Origin: an uncultured Eubacteriales bacterium
GTDB taxonomy: Bacteria; Bacillota; Clostridia; Christensenellales; Pumilibacteraceae
Assembly (NCBI GenBank): GCA_949292715.1
Contig: CASFAN010000002.1
Span: 3,534 to 67,533, forward strand
Reading direction: 5' to 3'
Length of the DNA stretch: 64,000 nucleotides
The position numbers and the translations under genes are program-made. Below are positions 17,363 to 27,885 of this stretch, one piece after another. How positions within the stretch are numbered: position 1 is the stretch's first letter; the number at the start of each line of letters is the position of its first letter. Below the pieces are notes generated by a model. The model did not search any database, was not told the DNA's origin, and saw only the letters and a program-made list of their open reading frames with translations.

Positions 17363-19870
17363 TTATTTTATTCTCTCCGAAACATATGCTTCGATTTCGT
17401 CATCCTCGGCAAAATCGCTGTAACCGTCTATCGATATACCGCATTCAAAGCCTGCCGCAACTTCTTTGACATCGTCTTTGAATCGTTTGAGACCTCCGAT
17501 AACGCCTTCATAAACGACATCTCCGCGGCGCTTGACGATAACTTTTGCGTTTCGCTGTATTTTTCCGTCAAGCACGTAAGAACCTGCAACCGTACCTACG
17601 CTGGATATCTTGAATACCGTGCGAACCTGAGCCTTACCGATATATTTATCTTCGTATTTGGGTTCAGTCATGCCGTTCATAGCTGCCTCGATGTCGTCTA
17701 TGGCATCGTATATTACGCTGTACGTGCCGACTCTGATCTTTTCATGCTCGGCTATAATACGAGCTTCCGCATCGGGCTTGACGTTAAATCCAACGACAAA
17801 AGCGTTCGTTACTTCTGCAAGCATCATATCCGACTTGTTTATCGCGCCTACTCCGCAATGAACTATATTGACTTTGACTTCTTCGTTTTCCAGTTTTGAA
17901 AGCGAAGATCTGAGTGCTTCCGCACTACCCTGAACATCGGCTTTGATAATAACGTTAAGATCTTTATGGACGTTAACGTCAAACGATTTAACCGCTTTAT
18001 CCGCGGAATGAGCTATCTTATCCTTCTCTATTCTTCCGTCGACTATTTCTTTTGCGGTTTTTTCGTCATCGACTACCCACATATCGTCGCCCGCGTTCGG
18101 AACGCCTGAAAGACCTGTCACCGATACCGCATACGAAGGCAAAGCCGTCTTGACCATCTTGCCGTTAGGATCGGTCATATTTCTGATTTTACCGTAAGTA
18201 AGTCCGCACACGACGGCATCTCCGCTATGAAGCGTACCGTTCTGGACAAGAATAGTCGCAACGGGACCTTTTCCCTTGTCGAGACGCGCTTCGATTATCG
18301 CGCCCTTAGCTTTTCTGTTAGGATTTGCCCTGTAATTATTGAGATCGGCAAGGAAAAGTATTTCTTCAAGCAATACGTCTATGCCTATATTCTTTTTTGC
18401 GGAAATAGGCACCATTTTCGTATCACCGCCCCACTCGTCGGAGATAACGCCGTACTGAGAAAGTTCTTCCTTTATCCTTTCGGGATTAGCCGTAGGTTTA
18501 TCGATTTTATTGATTGCAACTATCATCGGAACGTTAGCGGCTTTAACGTGATTTATTGCTTCTATCGTCTGTGGCTGAACTCCGTCATCCGCAGCTACGA
18601 CGAGAATAACGATATCCGTAACTTTAGTTCCGCGTGCACGCATCTCCGTAAACGCTTCATGGCCTGGAGTATCGAGGAAAGTAATCGGGCGTTTTCTCTT
18701 CTCATATTCCCACGTAACCGAATATGCGCCGATATGCTGAGTTATTCCGCCCGCCTCGCCGCTCACCACATTGGTTTTTCTGATAGCGTCAAGCAGACTG
18801 GTTTTACCGTGGTCTACGTGTCCCATAACAGTAATTACGGGAGGTCTTTCAACAAGATCCGCTTCGTTATCCGCTTCTTCGTGCAATGCTTCCGCAAGTT
18901 CTTCCTGCGACTGCGCTATCTTCTGATTAAGCGTTACTCCGAAAGAATCCGCAACGAGGAAAAGCGTGTCGAAGTCGACGACGTCGTTTATGGAAGTCAC
19001 GGGAGTACCGCCCATCATAAGCATTTTCGACATTATCATCTGTGCGGATACGCCTATCATTTCGCTGAGCATTTTAACGGTGACCTGATTGGTGGTTATC
19101 GTTACGTTATCGATAACTTTCGGAGAAACCGCCGCCGTATCGTTCTTTTTCTTGTTTTTGAGTTTTCTTACTCTTACTCTGTCGTCGTTAAGCTCATCCT
19201 GTATAAAGCCTTTACGGATAAGAGTACGCTTTGTCATCGCCTTTTTTTCCTCAAAAGGCTTAGCAGACTCTTTCTTTTTATCGCCTGTCTTACGAGGCTT
19301 GGTGACGTTAACCTGCGCGGGAGGAGGCGCGGAAAAACGCTGAGAAGAAAGCGGTCTCTCAGATCTTTCGGAAGTCGGGCGGAAAGGCGCTTTAGACCCG
19401 TCTCTTACCGGCGGCTTACCCGAAGAAGCCGGTTTCTTTTTAGGATAGTCCGGGCGGAGATTCACGTTAGCCACGCCGCGTATATAACTCGGAACATTAG
19501 GCTTAGGTTTTTCCGCAGGCGAAGCGCCCGTTTTAATATCGTTCGCGGGCGTAGCCTTAGGCGCGTTGCGCACTTCGGTTTTTTCCGTTTGAACTTTTTT
19601 ATCGGGTTCTCTGCGCTTGTCGGACTCTGCGGCAGGCTGCGATTCGGGAACGACAAATACAGGCTTAGCCGTTTTAGGTTCGGCAGCCGCCTTTTGCTTG
19701 TTTATTTTTCCCGCTATTTCTCTGCAAGCCGTAAGCAGTCCCGTCATCTTCGCCAATGACTTTTCAATCTCGGAACGGTATACGAGATAATCGCCGTCAT
19801 TGCCCGTTTTCGAGATAAGTTTTTTCAAAACTTCGACGGTCGTATTAGATTGTTTCTGTTCCTGTTCCAT
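17363..19870 (-). CDS. infB: translation initiation factor IF-2
   Basis: 835 aa with a low-complexity basic N-terminus and a GTPase core ([26 protein letters not shown]). Confidence 0.98.
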   Translation of the reverse strand: MEQEQKQSNTTVEVLKKLISKTGNDGDYLVYRSEIEKSLAKMTGLLTACREIAGKINKQKAAAEPKTAKPVFVVPESQPAAESDKRREPDKKVQTEKTEVRNAPKATPANDIKTGASPAEKPKPNVPSYIRGVANVNLRPDYPKKKPASSGKPPVRDGSKAPFRPTSERSERPLSSQRFSAPPPAQVNVTKPRKTGDKKKESAKPFEEKKAMTKRTLIRKGFIQDELNDDRVRVRKLKNKKKNDTAAVSPKVIDNVTITTNQVTVKMLSEMIGVSAQMIMSKMLMMGGTPVTSINDVVDFDTLFLVADSFGVTLNQKIAQSQEELAEALHEEADNEADLVERPPVITVMGHVDHGKTSLLDAIRKTNVVSGEAGGITQHIGAYSVTWEYEKRKRPITFLDTPGHEAFTEMRARGTKVTDIVILVVAADDGVQPQTIEAINHVKAANVPMIVAINKIDKPTANPERIKEELSQYGVISDEWGGDTKMVPISAKKNIGIDVLLEEILFLADLNNYRANPNRKAKGAIIEARLDKGKGPVATILVQNGTLHSGDAVVCGLTYGKIRNMTDPNGKMVKTALPSYAVSVTGLSGVPNAGDDMWVVDDEKTAKEIVDGRIEKDKIAHSADKAVKSFDVNVHKDLNVIIKADVQGSAEALRSSLSKLENEEVKVNIVHCGVGAINKSDMMLAEVTNAFVVGFNVKPDAEARIIAEHEKIRVGTYSVIYDAIDDIEAAMNGMTEPKYEDKYIGKAQVRTVFKISSVGTVAGSYVLDGKIQRNAKVIVKRRGDVVYEGVIGGLKRFKDDVKEVAAGFECGISIDGYSDFAEDDEIEAYVSERIK

Positions 19871-19871
19871 A

Positions 19872-20156
19872 TTACCTCCCGTTATCCGTCACTGCTTTAG
19901 CCATATTCGGGTCAAGCAACGCAACTAGTTTACAATTTCGCTTAAATATAATTTCTTCCAAAGGTTTATCTGTTTTTATTATGGGTATATCGAATTTTTC
20001 GGCATACTTTTCGGCATATTCGGAAAGATTTTTCGAAGCCGTCGGACAAAGCACAAGTACGTATTTACGTTTTCTGCTTCTTTCTATATTATCGAGTCCG
20101 TATATTATTTTGCCTGATTTAACGGCAAACCCGAGATAATTTTCTATTTTAGCCAT
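19872..20156 (-). CDS. ylxQ: L7Ae-family RNA-binding protein (YlxQ-like)
   Basis: 94 aa, located between ylxR and infB as in Bacillus. Confidence 0.8.
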   Translation of the reverse strand: MAKIENYLGFAVKSGKIIYGLDNIERSRKRKYVLVLCPTASKNLSEYAEKYAEKFDIPIIKTDKPLEEIIFKRNCKLVALLDPNMAKAVTDNGR

Positions 20157-20409
20157 TATTCTCCGTCATCGCATCCAGCAGATCATAAAGCTCGGAAGAG
20201 GTTGCCGCGCCGAGAACTTTTGCCGCCAGATCGTATTTACGGGCTTTTTTTCTGCATTCGGGCGACGAACATATATATGCGCCGCGTCCGTTTTTCTTGC
20301 CCGTAAGATCTATTTCGACTGTATTTTCAGGCGTGACTCGCAAGCGCGTAAGTTTGCGTTTATCGGTCATCTGCCTGCATGCAATGCACATTCTCTGAGG
20401 ATTGGACAT
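20149..20409 (-). CDS. ylxR: YlxR/RnpM (DUF448) RNA-binding protein
   Basis: 86 aa, RMCIACRQMTDKRKLTRL...GRGAYIC. Confidence 0.88.
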   Translation of the reverse strand: MSNPQRMCIACRQMTDKRKLTRLRVTPENTVEIDLTGKKNGRGAYICSSPECRKKARKYDLAAKVLGAATSSELYDLLDAMTENNG

Positions 20410-21545
20410 TATTCGCCGTCAGCTCCTTCCCCGACAGCCGCTTCCGTCGGTTCTTCTGCTGCCTCAGACTGATCTTCCGAAACGGTTTCATCGTCGTTAT
20501 TAATTTCGTTTTTTACAGCCGAATAAGGTCTGACGTCGATCTTCCAGTTGGTAAGACGCGCGGCAAGGCGTGCGTTTTGTCCGTCTTTACCGATCGCAAG
20601 ACTGAGCATATCGTCCTTGACAATGACTCTTGCACTGCGTTCTTCGTCGTTCGCTTCAACCATGATAACCTTGGCGGGAGAAAGCGCACGCGCGATAAAT
20701 TCGAGAATATCGTCGCACCATGGAATGATTTCGATTTTTTCGCCGCCCAACTCGGCAACCACGTTGCTTACGCGCAAACCTCTGTTGCCGACGCACGCGC
20801 CGACTGCGTCGATATTGGGATCTTCGCTGTATACAGCCATCTTCGTGCGATAACCGGGTTCTCTCACAAGACCTTTTATAATCACCTGACCTGATTTTAT
20901 TTCCGGAACTTCAAGCTCAAACAGCTTACGAACAAAGCCGGGCGCCGTACGCGATACCTGAATCATAGGGCCTCTCGTTCCCTGTTTGATTTTTTTCACG
21001 TATACTTTGATGCGTTCGCCGACATAGAATTTATCGTTGGGAAGCTGATCGGACGGAGCAAGTACCGCTTCCAGCTTTTTAATCTCGACATATACGTAAC
21101 GACCGTCGATACGTCTTACCGCGCAAGTAATCAGGCTGTCTTCTTTTTCCGACAGCTCTTCGTACGTCACGCTGTTTTCCACGTCGCGAAGTTTCTGCAT
21201 AATTACCTGCTTTGCATTCTGAGCAACTATTCTGCCGAATTCCTTGCTGTCAACTTCTTCGGAGATCCTGTCGCCTACTTTATATTTTCTGTCGATAAGT
21301 TTGGCGTCTTCAAGGCTGATCTGAGTGTCTTTGTCCTCGACTTCTTCGACTACCGTGAGATATGCGTTGATTCTGAAAGCGTTCTTTTCGGGCATAAGCA
21401 CGACTTCGATCGCCTTTGCCGTTCCGTACTGCTTTTTATAAGCAAGAGAAAGCGCGTTTTCCAGCGTTTCCACAAACACCTCTTTAGGTATCTTCTTTTC
21501 TCTTTCAAGTAAATCGAGAGCCGTGAAAAATTCCTTATTCACCAT
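20409..21545 (-). CDS. nusA: transcription termination/antitermination factor NusA
   Basis: 378 aa with an S1 domain plus KH domains (CVGNRGLRVSNVVAELGGEKIEII; AIGKDGQNARLAARLTNWKIDV). Confidence 0.97.
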   Translation of the reverse strand: MVNKEFFTALDLLEREKKIPKEVFVETLENALSLAYKKQYGTAKAIEVVLMPEKNAFRINAYLTVVEEVEDKDTQISLEDAKLIDRKYKVGDRISEEVDSKEFGRIVAQNAKQVIMQKLRDVENSVTYEELSEKEDSLITCAVRRIDGRYVYVEIKKLEAVLAPSDQLPNDKFYVGERIKVYVKKIKQGTRGPMIQVSRTAPGFVRKLFELEVPEIKSGQVIIKGLVREPGYRTKMAVYSEDPNIDAVGACVGNRGLRVSNVVAELGGEKIEIIPWCDDILEFIARALSPAKVIMVEANDEERSARVIVKDDMLSLAIGKDGQNARLAARLTNWKIDVRPYSAVKNEINNDDETVSEDQSEAAEEPTEAAVGEGADGE

Positions 21546-21563
21546 TTTATATGTTCCTCCGAA

Positions 21564-22019
21564 TTAGTCAAATTTAACGAGCGGGCGCACCAGCGCTATC
21601 CGCGAATTTTCTATTTTTACATCCGAACCGCCACAGTCGATAAGCACGTATCCGTCCGTATGTTCTTTAAGAACTCCCTCATAAACTTTTACGCCTTTTA
21701 TCGGAGCAAATAACCTGACTTCAACTTCTTTGCCGTAATTCCTTTCGAAATCACGCTGCTTTTTAAACGGTCGGTCAAGTCCAGGAGACGAAACTTCGAG
21801 CACATAAGGTTTGCCGCACGTCGGATCAAGCTCGTCAAGCAAAGGTTCTATTGCATAATGTATCTGCTCGCAATCGTCCAGACTTATTCCGTCCGGTATC
21901 TTATCGACAAAAATTGTGATATGAAGTTCGCCGTATTCGTAATGTTGCTCCACGTCGACGGTCTCATATCCGAGCGAACGGATCTTTTCGTCCACTGCCT
22001 GATAAATACGTTCGGTCAT
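21564..22019 (-). CDS. rimP: ribosome maturation factor RimP
   Basis: Start set at ATG 22017-22019 (MTERIYQAVDE...), contains LEVSSPGLDRPF. The upstream ORF extension would cover the promoter. Confidence 0.9.
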   Translation of the reverse strand: MTERIYQAVDEKIRSLGYETVDVEQHYEYGELHITIFVDKIPDGISLDDCEQIHYAIEPLLDELDPTCGKPYVLEVSSPGLDRPFKKQRDFERNYGKEVEVRLFAPIKGVKVYEGVLKEHTDGYVLIDCGGSDVKIENSRIALVRPLVKFD

Positions 22020-22087
22020 TATCTCTCCATAAAAGTTAAGAGCGGACTTCTGTCCACTCTTATAGCATAAACTATTCAAGTATTTAC

Positions 22088-22116
22088 ATTTTAGCACGTT
22101 TTAAAGCATTTTGCAA
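22088..22116 (-). promoter_or_regulatory. sigma-A-like promoter of the rimP-nusA-infB operon (TTGCAA-17-TAAAAT)
   Basis: Minus strand TTGCAAaatgctttaaaacgtgcTAAAAT, about 70 nt upstream of the rimP ATG. Confidence 0.5.
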
Positions 22117-22121
22117 GCATT

Positions 22122-23618
22122 TTATGTGCTACTTGTTAAAAATTTTGCGATAGCAAGCGCATTGGGCAGCGCACGCCTCGTATTTTTCAATCGAGCGCTT
22201 TTGAAGCTTCTCGCTTCGGCATATCTGGTTATATCTATAAATTCGGGTATCGGGATATGTTGTTTTTCAAGATACGCTTTTAAAAGATTGGTGTTAAGTT
22301 CCGAAGGAAAACTCGTAAGACGATATCCGCTGAAAAACTTGAAAAAGTCGGGAAACGCCTGCTCCGAAGACGGTTTACCTTTCAGATCGGACGCAACAAG
22401 ACCCGCCGCCGCACGCTCTTCGTCCGTCATATTGACATGCGGACAAATAAGAGTGGAAAAAGTTTCCTTGATTTCGCCCTCGTCTATTTTTACGGCGCCT
22501 ATTTCTATGACTTCGCCAGGACGGAATACATTATCGTTTACGGTCATAAGCGAAAACACTATAAGCGGATCACGTGCAAGAGGTGGTTTTTTATCGGCGT
22601 AAATCGACGACTGCGCAAGCGCGACGTAAGGCTTGGGACGTACAAAACGATATTCGTCGTCGACCATTCTGACAACATTATTCACGGTGAATTCCGTGTG
22701 TTCGCATCCAGTAAACCTTCGCACGGTCATTTTAAGACTGCCGTCTCCCCTATGCGTATCATAATCCGTTTTTCCGGCGACAAGCATGTAAGCTCCGTCG
22801 ACGATATATTTCATGGCGTCTTTATTGCTCGCCGTTGGAAACCACGTACATCTCATTTTTGCGGTGCCGTCGTCAAGATAGAATGTCGCGAATTTACGCT
22901 TGTCTTCCCCGGGAGCGGGCTTTTTGGGAGTATATTCGAACTCTCGTTTATCCGAAATAACGCCGTAAATCACGGTATATTCCGGCTGTGCGCAATCGCA
23001 AATATACTTTGCCTTGACGTCGATCAACTCGCCGCACAGCGCGACTCTGCCGGCAGGATCGACAGTTCTTCCCTCGTTCGGACGCTCAAAAGAAAATTTC
23101 GGTTCGCTCGCGACGGCAGTAAGCGTCTTACGGATTTCATCCACATTTTCGTCTACCGTTTCAGTCGTTACCGTCACATCCGTAAAAAGTCTAAGATCGA
23201 TATAATCTTTAAGCCTTTGACATATGTTTTCTTTTTCGGCGTACTCCTTTACGTATGACGGCAATTTTAAAATAACCGAAGGGGCTTCACCCGACGTAAT
23301 TACGACGTTATCGGGATCCGCCACAGAAGAAATATACGCGCTTTCGCTCTGCAAAAAATCCATAACGGTATGCAGAATGTCCAGATGCCCCGCAGTAACA
23401 AAGGAAACCTCTGATAACACGTTTACGGAAGGCGGAAAAAACGAAGCCGCCGCATATTTCACTTTTTCCCTCACGGCATTGTATTCGCTTTCCTTTTCCT
23501 TTCTGCAAATGCATTTTAACGTAACGCGCGCGTTATCTACATTAATCACCGCTTCGGTAAAATGAACGAACGGAAACTCCGGGTATTTTTCCGCAAATTT
23601 TTTATTGAATTCATCCAC
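22122..23618 (-). CDS. PolC N-terminal-like protein with an OB-fold-like segment and a degenerate DnaQ-type exonuclease fold (no polymerase or PHP part)
   Basis: 498 aa. GTG 23616-23618 lies 7 nt after GAGGAG and overlaps the ispG stop. The gene occupies the usual polC slot between ispG and rimP. Exonuclease motifs read VFSLMT / FPSELN / RRALPNA instead of FDxET / NxxFD / HxAxxD. Confidence 0.55.
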   Translation of the reverse strand: MDEFNKKFAEKYPEFPFVHFTEAVINVDNARVTLKCICRKEKESEYNAVREKVKYAAASFFPPSVNVLSEVSFVTAGHLDILHTVMDFLQSESAYISSVADPDNVVITSGEAPSVILKLPSYVKEYAEKENICQRLKDYIDLRLFTDVTVTTETVDENVDEIRKTLTAVASEPKFSFERPNEGRTVDPAGRVALCGELIDVKAKYICDCAQPEYTVIYGVISDKREFEYTPKKPAPGEDKRKFATFYLDDGTAKMRCTWFPTASNKDAMKYIVDGAYMLVAGKTDYDTHRGDGSLKMTVRRFTGCEHTEFTVNNVVRMVDDEYRFVRPKPYVALAQSSIYADKKPPLARDPLIVFSLMTVNDNVFRPGEVIEIGAVKIDEGEIKETFSTLICPHVNMTDEERAAAGLVASDLKGKPSSEQAFPDFFKFFSGYRLTSFPSELNTNLLKAYLEKQHIPIPEFIDITRYAEARSFKSARLKNTRRALPNALAIAKFLTSST

Positions 23619-24657
23619 GGGCAAGCTCCTCTACCATTGCCGTAAATTTTTCTTCGGCTTCGCGCACGGGCAAAGTCATGAGCACTTTTCCTTTTTTGAA
23701 AAGCACGGCTTTATCTTTTCCTCCCGCTATACCTATATCCGCGTCGGCAGCTTCGCCCGGTCCGTTCACAACGCAACCCATTACCGCAATTTTAAGCGGA
23801 CGGCGTACGTCGGCTACTATTTTTTTGCACTTATTAACCAGCGCTTCGAGATCATAAAAGCATCGCGCACACGTCGGACAAGAAACGACTTCGGCATAAT
23901 TTCTGTCCAGTCCGACCGCGCGCAGTATACTTCTGCCTACTTCGACTTCACGCACGGGATTGCCGGTCAGCGACACGCGCACCGTATCGCCTATGCCCGC
24001 CAGAAGCAAAGCTGAAATTCCCGCGGCAGATTTTATAACGGCTTCTTCGCCCGCTCCGCTTTCGGTTACTCCCACATGAAGCGGATATCCGCAAAGCTTG
24101 TCCAGTTCGGTATACGCGTCCACGGTAAGACGCACGTCGCTTGCTTTTACCGAGATGACAATATCCGTAAAATTCCCTTTTTCAAGCAATCTGACCGTAC
24201 GAAGCGCGCTTTCGGCAAGCGCAGCCGCGGTCACGCCACCATACTTTTCCTTGACGTCTTTTTCAAGAGATCCCCCGTTTATTCCTACGCGTATGGGACA
24301 ACCGTTAGCCTTACATGCGGCGACGAGTTCCTTTATGCCCGCCGAAGAAGTGTTACCGGGATTAAATCGCACTTTAGCAAAACCGATATCCGCGCATGCC
24401 ACCGCAAGCCTGTAATCGAATTGAATGTCGGCGACGAGAGGTACGTCGAAACAAGTCACATAATTTTTACACGCTTCCACGTCGCGCATGTCACGTACTG
24501 CCAGCCTGACAATATCGCAACCCGCGGCGACAAGCGCCTTTATCTGCGCTTTCGTAGCCGAAACATCGGCGGTATCCGTATTAGTCATCGACTGAATGCT
24601 TACGGCATTTCCGCCGCCGATTTTTACTTTGCCTGCTTTAACACAAATTTCAGACAT
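23611..24657 (-). CDS. ispG: 4-hydroxy-3-methylbut-2-en-1-yl diphosphate synthase
   Basis: 348 aa, VSIQSMTNT...VSCPTCARC...GCVVNGPGE. Confidence 0.96.
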   Translation of the reverse strand: MSEICVKAGKVKIGGGNAVSIQSMTNTDTADVSATKAQIKALVAAGCDIVRLAVRDMRDVEACKNYVTCFDVPLVADIQFDYRLAVACADIGFAKVRFNPGNTSSAGIKELVAACKANGCPIRVGINGGSLEKDVKEKYGGVTAAALAESALRTVRLLEKGNFTDIVISVKASDVRLTVDAYTELDKLCGYPLHVGVTESGAGEEAVIKSAAGISALLLAGIGDTVRVSLTGNPVREVEVGRSILRAVGLDRNYAEVVSCPTCARCFYDLEALVNKCKKIVADVRRPLKIAVMGCVVNGPGEAADADIGIAGGKDKAVLFKKGKVLMTLPVREAEEKFTAMVEELARG

Positions 24658-24687
24658 TTTACACCTCTTCCGTATAAACGTTGATTT

Positions 24688-25800
24688 TTACAGCCGCGAT
24701 ATCATTCCCGCAAAATCCACAATCACCACAAACGCAAACAGCGCCATAAGACCGACGGCATGTATCATTCCTTCCGTTTTTCTGTTCACGGGCTTTTTTC
24801 TTATCCATTCGATAAGGACGAACACTATTCTTGCTCCGTCAAGCGCAGGTATGGGCAAAAGATTGAATATAGCCAGATTGCTTGCTATAAGGGGCAGAAA
24901 CAAAAGTATATTCATGGGATTTGCAGCCGAATACGACGCTATCATTCCGACAGTACCTATAGGTCCCGTCATATCGGTAAGAGGGATCTGCCCGGTAAAA
25001 AGCATTCCGAACGAACCGAGAATAGCCCATGAAAGCTCAAAAGTATAAGGTACGCAATAAAGCGCGGCTTTTCCGAAACCGTTTTCTTTCCTTACATACT
25101 CGGTACTGATACCGAAACGCCAGCCGCTTTCTTTTCCTGCCTCTATATATTGCTTTTCTACTTCCGCTTCAACGACTTCGCCGTCGCGCTCTATGGTAAA
25201 TACAGCTTTTTCGCCGTTTTCTATTTTTGAGAACAGCTCGTTTGCAGACGTCATAAAAGTGATATCTTTACCGTTTACGGTTATTATTACGTCTCCCTCG
25301 ACAAGTTCCGCGGCGTAACGCTCACCGGTATCAGGATCTAAATCGAAGCCCGTAACACTCGGTACGGCATACCCTGCGGCAAGCATATAAATAAATGAAA
25401 ATACGATGGCGGAAACGAGATTGAACACGGGTCCGGCAAGAAGCACTATTATGCGCTTCCACGGTTTACGCGTTTCAAAAGTACGTTTCTCCGCAACGTT
25501 TTCTTTATCGGCTTTCTCATCCTCAACATTGGTCTCGGGAAATACGTTTTCCGACCCGACAGAAACATTTTCTTCGGACTCCTCGCTCTCAAACGCGCAA
25601 TATCCGCCGAGAGGCAATGCCCGCACGGAAAAAGTTTCGCCCGACCGCATTTTACGCGAAAGCAACTTAGGTCCGAGCCCTATCGAAAATTCGGTAATAC
25701 CGAACCCGAGCATTTTACCCGCAAAATAATGTCCCGCCTCATGAATGGTTATCATGAGAAGCAAAATAAGAATTGCCGCGATAATGTATAAAACAATCAT
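24688..25800 (-). CDS. rseP: RIP metalloprotease RseP/RasP (M50 site-2 protease)
   Basis: 370 aa with HEAGHYFAGK, a PDZ-like middle region and the C-terminal motif NLLPIPALDG. Confidence 0.92.
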   Translation of the reverse strand: MIVLYIIAAILILLLMITIHEAGHYFAGKMLGFGITEFSIGLGPKLLSRKMRSGETFSVRALPLGGYCAFESEESEENVSVGSENVFPETNVEDEKADKENVAEKRTFETRKPWKRIIVLLAGPVFNLVSAIVFSFIYMLAAGYAVPSVTGFDLDPDTGERYAAELVEGDVIITVNGKDITFMTSANELFSKIENGEKAVFTIERDGEVVEAEVEKQYIEAGKESGWRFGISTEYVRKENGFGKAALYCVPYTFELSWAILGSFGMLFTGQIPLTDMTGPIGTVGMIASYSAANPMNILLFLPLIASNLAIFNLLPIPALDGARIVFVLIEWIRKKPVNRKTEGMIHAVGLMALFAFVVIVDFAGMISRL

Positions 25801-26918
25801 TTCCGACTCACAAAAGCTCCGATCTGTTTTTCGAGGACGTCGCGCAACTCGTAAAGCTGTTCAGCACTCTCCACCCTCTTTGTTTCATTTATGCACAAAG
25901 CCCTGTCTATTATTCCCGTTATGTCGGTAAATGTTATCTTTTTTTTCATAAACATATCTACGGCTATTTCGTCTGCAATACTGAAAACCGCCGGCGCGGT
26001 TCCGCCTTCGAGCAAACAACGCCGTGCGAGAGCCGGTGCGGGAAACCTTTTTTCGTCGGGTTTGCCGAACGTGAGAGGCACGGAAAAATCGAAAGGCTTT
26101 ACTCCGTCGTTGACAAACCGATAAGGATACGTGAGCGCATACTGAATCGCCAGCTCCATATTGGGATATGACATAACGGCTACCGTCGAATTATCGGCAA
26201 ACTCCACCATGGAATGTATGACGCTTTCGGGATGAATAACGTAATCCACGAAATTCGTGGAAAACAGCCTTCCCGCCTCTATGATTTCCAGTCCCTTATT
26301 TACCATGGTAGCGCTGTCAACTGAGATTTTTGCACCCATATTCCATGTAGGATGTCTGACCGCCTGTTCCGGCGTTACGGCAGAAAGATCGACATTTTTG
26401 TCGGAATAGAACGGACCACCGCTTGCGGTCAGAACAATACGTCTGACGTCGCCGCGCTCTCCCGCTTTCAGGCATTGAAATACGGCAGAGTGTTCGCTGT
26501 CAACGGGGATTATCTCGGTACCGTACTTTGCGGCGCTGTCAAGGACAATTTCGCCCGCACAAACTATAGCCTCTTTGTTTGCCAGTGCGACGCGTTTTCC
26601 GCGTTTTATGCACTCCTGAAGCGGAGCCAATGCCGCAAGACCCGAAATTGCCATCACATAAATGTCGGCTTCCGTAATCTCGGCGGCTTTAGACGCGGCA
26701 TTATCTCCGAAAAATCCGATTGTTCCGTCTGGAAGTTCAATCTCAGGTAAGCACGCGGCTACCGACGGAGAAAACTCCGCAACCTGTTTTGAAAACAATC
26801 CGACATTGGAACCGGCAGTAAGCGTTACAACTTTATACTCATGCGGAAAACGGCGCACGACATTCAATGTCTGTACGCCGATACTTCCCGTACTGCCGAA
26901 AACAGCAACAGTTTTCAT
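25797..26918 (-). CDS. dxr: 1-deoxy-D-xylulose 5-phosphate reductoisomerase
   Basis: MKTVAVFGSTGSIG from ATG 26916-26918, preceded by GAGGTGA. The ORF-track GTG start lies 3 codons upstream. Confidence 0.95.
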   Translation of the reverse strand: MKTVAVFGSTGSIGVQTLNVVRRFPHEYKVVTLTAGSNVGLFSKQVAEFSPSVAACLPEIELPDGTIGFFGDNAASKAAEITEADIYVMAISGLAALAPLQECIKRGKRVALANKEAIVCAGEIVLDSAAKYGTEIIPVDSEHSAVFQCLKAGERGDVRRIVLTASGGPFYSDKNVDLSAVTPEQAVRHPTWNMGAKISVDSATMVNKGLEIIEAGRLFSTNFVDYVIHPESVIHSMVEFADNSTVAVMSYPNMELAIQYALTYPYRFVNDGVKPFDFSVPLTFGKPDEKRFPAPALARRCLLEGGTAPAVFSIADEIAVDMFMKKKITFTDITGIIDRALCINETKRVESAEQLYELRDVLEKQIGAFVSRK

Positions 26919-26928
26919 AGAAATCACC

Positions 26929-27885
26929 TCACATGGAAACGTAAACGAGGATCGCCATGTAAATGTACGTCGCTACCGCGGAGATCATCGTGCCGTCAAT
27001 GCGGTCCATTATGCCGCCGTGACCGGGTATCAGTGTGCCGTAATCCTTTATTTCGCAATGACGCTTGATATAAGACGCCATAAGATCGCCTATTTCCGTC
27101 GCAACGCCTATGACAAGACCAAGCGACAAATACAACGTCAGACTTACCCACACATTCTCATGCAGTCCGGTAAGTCCTCCCACTCCGGTAAAAGACAACC
27201 CGAACACTATTGCCGCGCCAATAGCTCCTCCGAGCATACCGCCTATCGAGCCGGAAACCGTCTTTTTCGGACTTATCATCGGAGCAAATTTAGGACCTTT
27301 GAATTTACTGCCGACCGCAAACGCAGCGATGTCGCACGCAGGCGCGCATATAAACACCATCATAATAGCAATGACGCGATAATTCGGCGCGAAGCCTTCG
27401 GCGGAATACGAATCGTATATCCAGTCGTCGAATGCGATGCCGTGCTGCGACCCGGGCAAATAATTGATCGCAAGGAAAAAAAACATGATCGCAACGGGAT
27501 ATATAAGGCAGAATATACTGCTGATAACGTTTTCCGCTGTTTTTTTCGGACTTGTCATGTTGACGACGAATATAATAAGCACCATCAACATCAGCGTTAT
27601 AAAATACGCGGCAACGCCGTGAAGCCCGTAAACGTCATACTTACTCTGACTGAAAATATTTACCGTTTTAAAAACCGCATAGCTGACAAGAATGGTCACG
27701 ACCTGCATTATAAACCCGGGCTTTGCGTATTTGTACGAAAGCGCCTCGCTCATTTCATGCGCGGCAACGATCATCAATATCAGTATGAAGACGTCATAAA
27801 CGCTGACAGACACGTAAAAAGTCAGGAAAAGCACTCCCGTACAGATCAAAAACATAACCATTCCGAATATAAATCTATTCTTCAT
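26929..27885 (-). CDS. cdsA: phosphatidate cytidylyltransferase
   Basis: 318-aa polytopic protein with the C-terminal signature SYIKRHCEIKDYGTLIPGHGGIMDRIDG. Confidence 0.92.
   Translation of the reverse strand: MKNRFIFGMVMFLICTGVLFLTFYVSVSVYDVFILILMIVAAHEMSEALSYKYAKPGFIMQVVTILVSYAVFKTVNIFSQSKYDVYGLHGVAAYFITLMLMVLIIFVVNMTSPKKTAENVISSIFCLIYPVAIMFFFLAINYLPGSQHGIAFDDWIYDSYSAEGFAPNYRVIAIMMVFICAPACDIAAFAVGSKFKGPKFAPMISPKKTVSGSIGGMLGGAIGAAIVFGLSFTGVGGLTGLHENVWVSLTLYLSLGLVIGVATEIGDLMASYIKRHCEIKDYGTLIPGHGGIMDRIDGTMISAVATYIYMAILVYVSM

Noticed and set aside
18227-19759. 510-aa plus-strand ORF antisense to infB, with similar long antisense ORFs at 16721-17899, 26662-27978, 30313-31326, 38833-39865 and 60607-61362
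   Set aside because: All lie opposite strongly recognisable housekeeping genes and have Arg/Phe/Ser-rich nonsense-like sequences. They probably arise because sense-strand codon usage keeps stop-complement codons rare.
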